Assembly (NCBI GenBank): GCA_048213135.1
Contig: PS015223.1
Coordinates: forward strand, 1-34,317
Source of the DNA: Reclinomonas americana ATCC 50394
Lineage: Eukaryota
Reading direction: 5' to 3'
DNA: 34,317 nt
The position numbers were made by a program, and so were the translations under genes. The notes beneath the pieces were generated by a model, which was not told the origin of the DNA, ran no database searches, and saw nothing but the letters and a program-made list of their open reading frames with translations. Positions 32,501-34,317 of the stretch are shown one piece after another; position 1 is the first letter of the stretch; every line of letters starts with the position of its first letter.

Positions 32501-34266
32501 GGGTCGCAGCAGCAGTGGGTCCGGCGGTCCGAACAGCAGCGGCATGAGTGGCAGTAGCGCTGCTGCTGGCGGTGGTGGTGGTGGTGGTGGTGCTGGCGGC
32601 AGTGGTGCCAGCGGTAGCGGTGCAGGCGGTGGTGCTGGGGGCTCGCTGACGCACCGTTGAGTGTTTATCATCATCGCCACACGTACCATTTGTGATGATC
32701 ACTTACCCGGTATCTCTGTTTTCACGTGTGTGCAGCACCGGCCGTGATGCGTGCCCTGTCCGGCCAGTTGTTTGCGTCGGCGAACCCGGTTGGCAGTTCA
32801 GCGCATTCCTCGACAGAGGCACCCGCGGGGGCAGCCGGCGCAGATGAGGGCATGCTGCCGAGCTCGACGGCGCTTCACAGGGTGCGCTACGAAATGTTTA
32901 ATGGGCGAGACGAGCATCTTTTGACTCACCCTTGTGTGTAAACACACGCACAGTCGAGCGACGCTGTGGTTGGCGGCGCAAGTCGTGCATCACAAAAGCC
33001 TGCGCTGCCCTCGATTGCCATCACCACACCGACGTCGGCTGCCGCAACTGCTGCCGCCCCAGTGAGCAAGCGACGACGACCAAAGGCTCCTGTCAATACT
33101 GTTGCGCCCCGATCGTGCCTGTTTGTGCATGCTAGGAAGAGAAAATGCCTCACCCTCCACATCTCCTCCACCAGTTAATCATTCGAGTGTGTCGCTACTC
33201 GTCCGTCGGCCACGTGATTGACACGACGCAGACCAGTGTGCGATTCACCTTTGTGGAGCCCTTTGATTTCGCCGTGCGCGGCTACTACGCCCACCAAGCG
33301 TGAGTCTTTTTCTTTCTTTCTATCCTTCTTCCTTCCCCTCCCAGCCACCAACACTGACTCTCTCTTCTTTGCGCACAGTGGTACCATGCTGCAGTCGAAA
33401 CTCACTTTCGACAGCCGCCTGCCGATGCAAGTGGCGTCGATGCACCTGGAGGTGGACTCGCCGCATGTGCGAGCCGAGTCCTCTCAGGCGGCCGAGGCCG
33501 CTGTTGGACAGGTATTGGGTGTGGTGGTCGATGCGGTGCGTGTGCTGGGTGCCGACCATCGTGTTTGCGCACAGCTTTTGAGACGGCACGATGTGATCTC
33601 GGCGTGTCACCATCTGCAATTCGTGTCGCCGAATGACGAACCCATACTACATTCGCCTTCTCGTGCGGTTTTGCATGTGGCTCTCAGGCGGCCGGACGAC
33701 ACTCGGCTCTATCACTTTGATTATCCCATCGATCTGGCGACTGTGCTGCCAGTTGCGCTGATCCTGTTCTTTCTGCTGTAGTGCGTTTGCAGCCTCTCAC
33801 CACCACCATCTGCATGACACGCACAGGCCCTGTGCACGGCCGAGCTCAGTTTCCCGGTGCGCGGACGAGTAAGCTCACCGCTGTTGATGCGCATCCGAGT
33901 GGCTCTCCCCCCAGGAGTCGTTCTCGGCGAGGGCGATGGACCCGATCGACAGCCACCATCCGGGCGAGGACGAGGCAATTCGGGCGACTTGTTGTCGACT
34001 GTCAGCAAGAACGCAGTGGCTGGTGCGGAGAATTGGGGGTAGTGGAAGAGAGCCCTTACGTCACTCACTCTGCCTGTGCAGCGGCTCGCGAGCAAACCCT
34101 GCGACGCATGCGTCACGGTGCGGTCCGAGCCCGTGTGGTATTTGACACCTCGTGCTGGGTGGTGTGCGGTGTGACCACCAGAGTGCTGCGTGAGCAGGAG
34201 ACGTCGTGGGAGTGCACGCTGCTGCCGACGATTGATGGATACATTAGCGCACCCACTGTGCACTTG
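29548..34266 (+). CDS. TRAPPC10: Trafficking protein particle complex subunit 10 (Trs130), partial at both ends, about 20 visible exons
   Basis: EFFQYIRAC, YLLARNKLYEL, AGRHRFSAML..DIAD, YAHNGWTEL and C-terminal WVVCG...LLPTIDGYISAPTVHL resemble TRAPPC10 segments. Two Ser/Gly-rich insertions are present. Confidence 0.8.
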
Positions 34267-34317
34267 GTGAGTCTGACGGAGCCAGAGAAACGTTTGTTGT
34301 CATCAGACTGATGCGTG

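Noticed and set aside
647-33758. Reading the GTTGCG sites as non-canonical G|TT...AG introns
   Set aside because: Adding the G to the exon breaks conserved frames at the AG acceptors (SF1, protease, GH30), so cleavage is before GT.
1-34317. Alternative genetic code or stop-codon readthrough
   Set aside because: Every apparent in-frame stop is explained by a GT-AG intron, and genes end in TAA or TGA. No TAG stop was seen among the few gene ends, but no in-exon TAG was found either.
1-34317. U12-type introns
   Set aside because: No RTATCCTT donors among the inferred introns.

Overview
Eukaryotic genomic scaffold, most likely from a flagellated heterotrophic protist. It has 9 N-gaps and uses the standard genetic code. 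Genes are tightly packed and very intron-rich: I inferred about 125 short (mostly 55-80 nt) GT-AG introns by hand. Genes in order: the 3' part of a low-complexity protein; a secreted or surface EGF + bacterial-type cadherin repeat + catalytically degenerate GH2-like protein; a coiled-coil hypothetical; splicing factor SF1/BBP (first exon on an apparently inverted contig); NELF-C/D (TH1-like); a GH30 glucosylceramidase; a CfaD/26-29 kDa-type papain protease; a TerD-LRRC23-like fusion; an 'ECTFxPKI'-repeat protein; the Maf1 C-terminus; an alpha/beta hydrolase; and TRAPPC10. The most striking signal is in the splicing grammar. About 30% of donors are a one-nucleotide-shifted class (H|GTTGCG / H|GTTGAG) that almost never has G at exon -1, and conserved catalytic motifs are split by 4-13 nt micro-exons. 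All gene models were spliced by eye from reading frame and remembered family motifs; no database search or transcript data was used.
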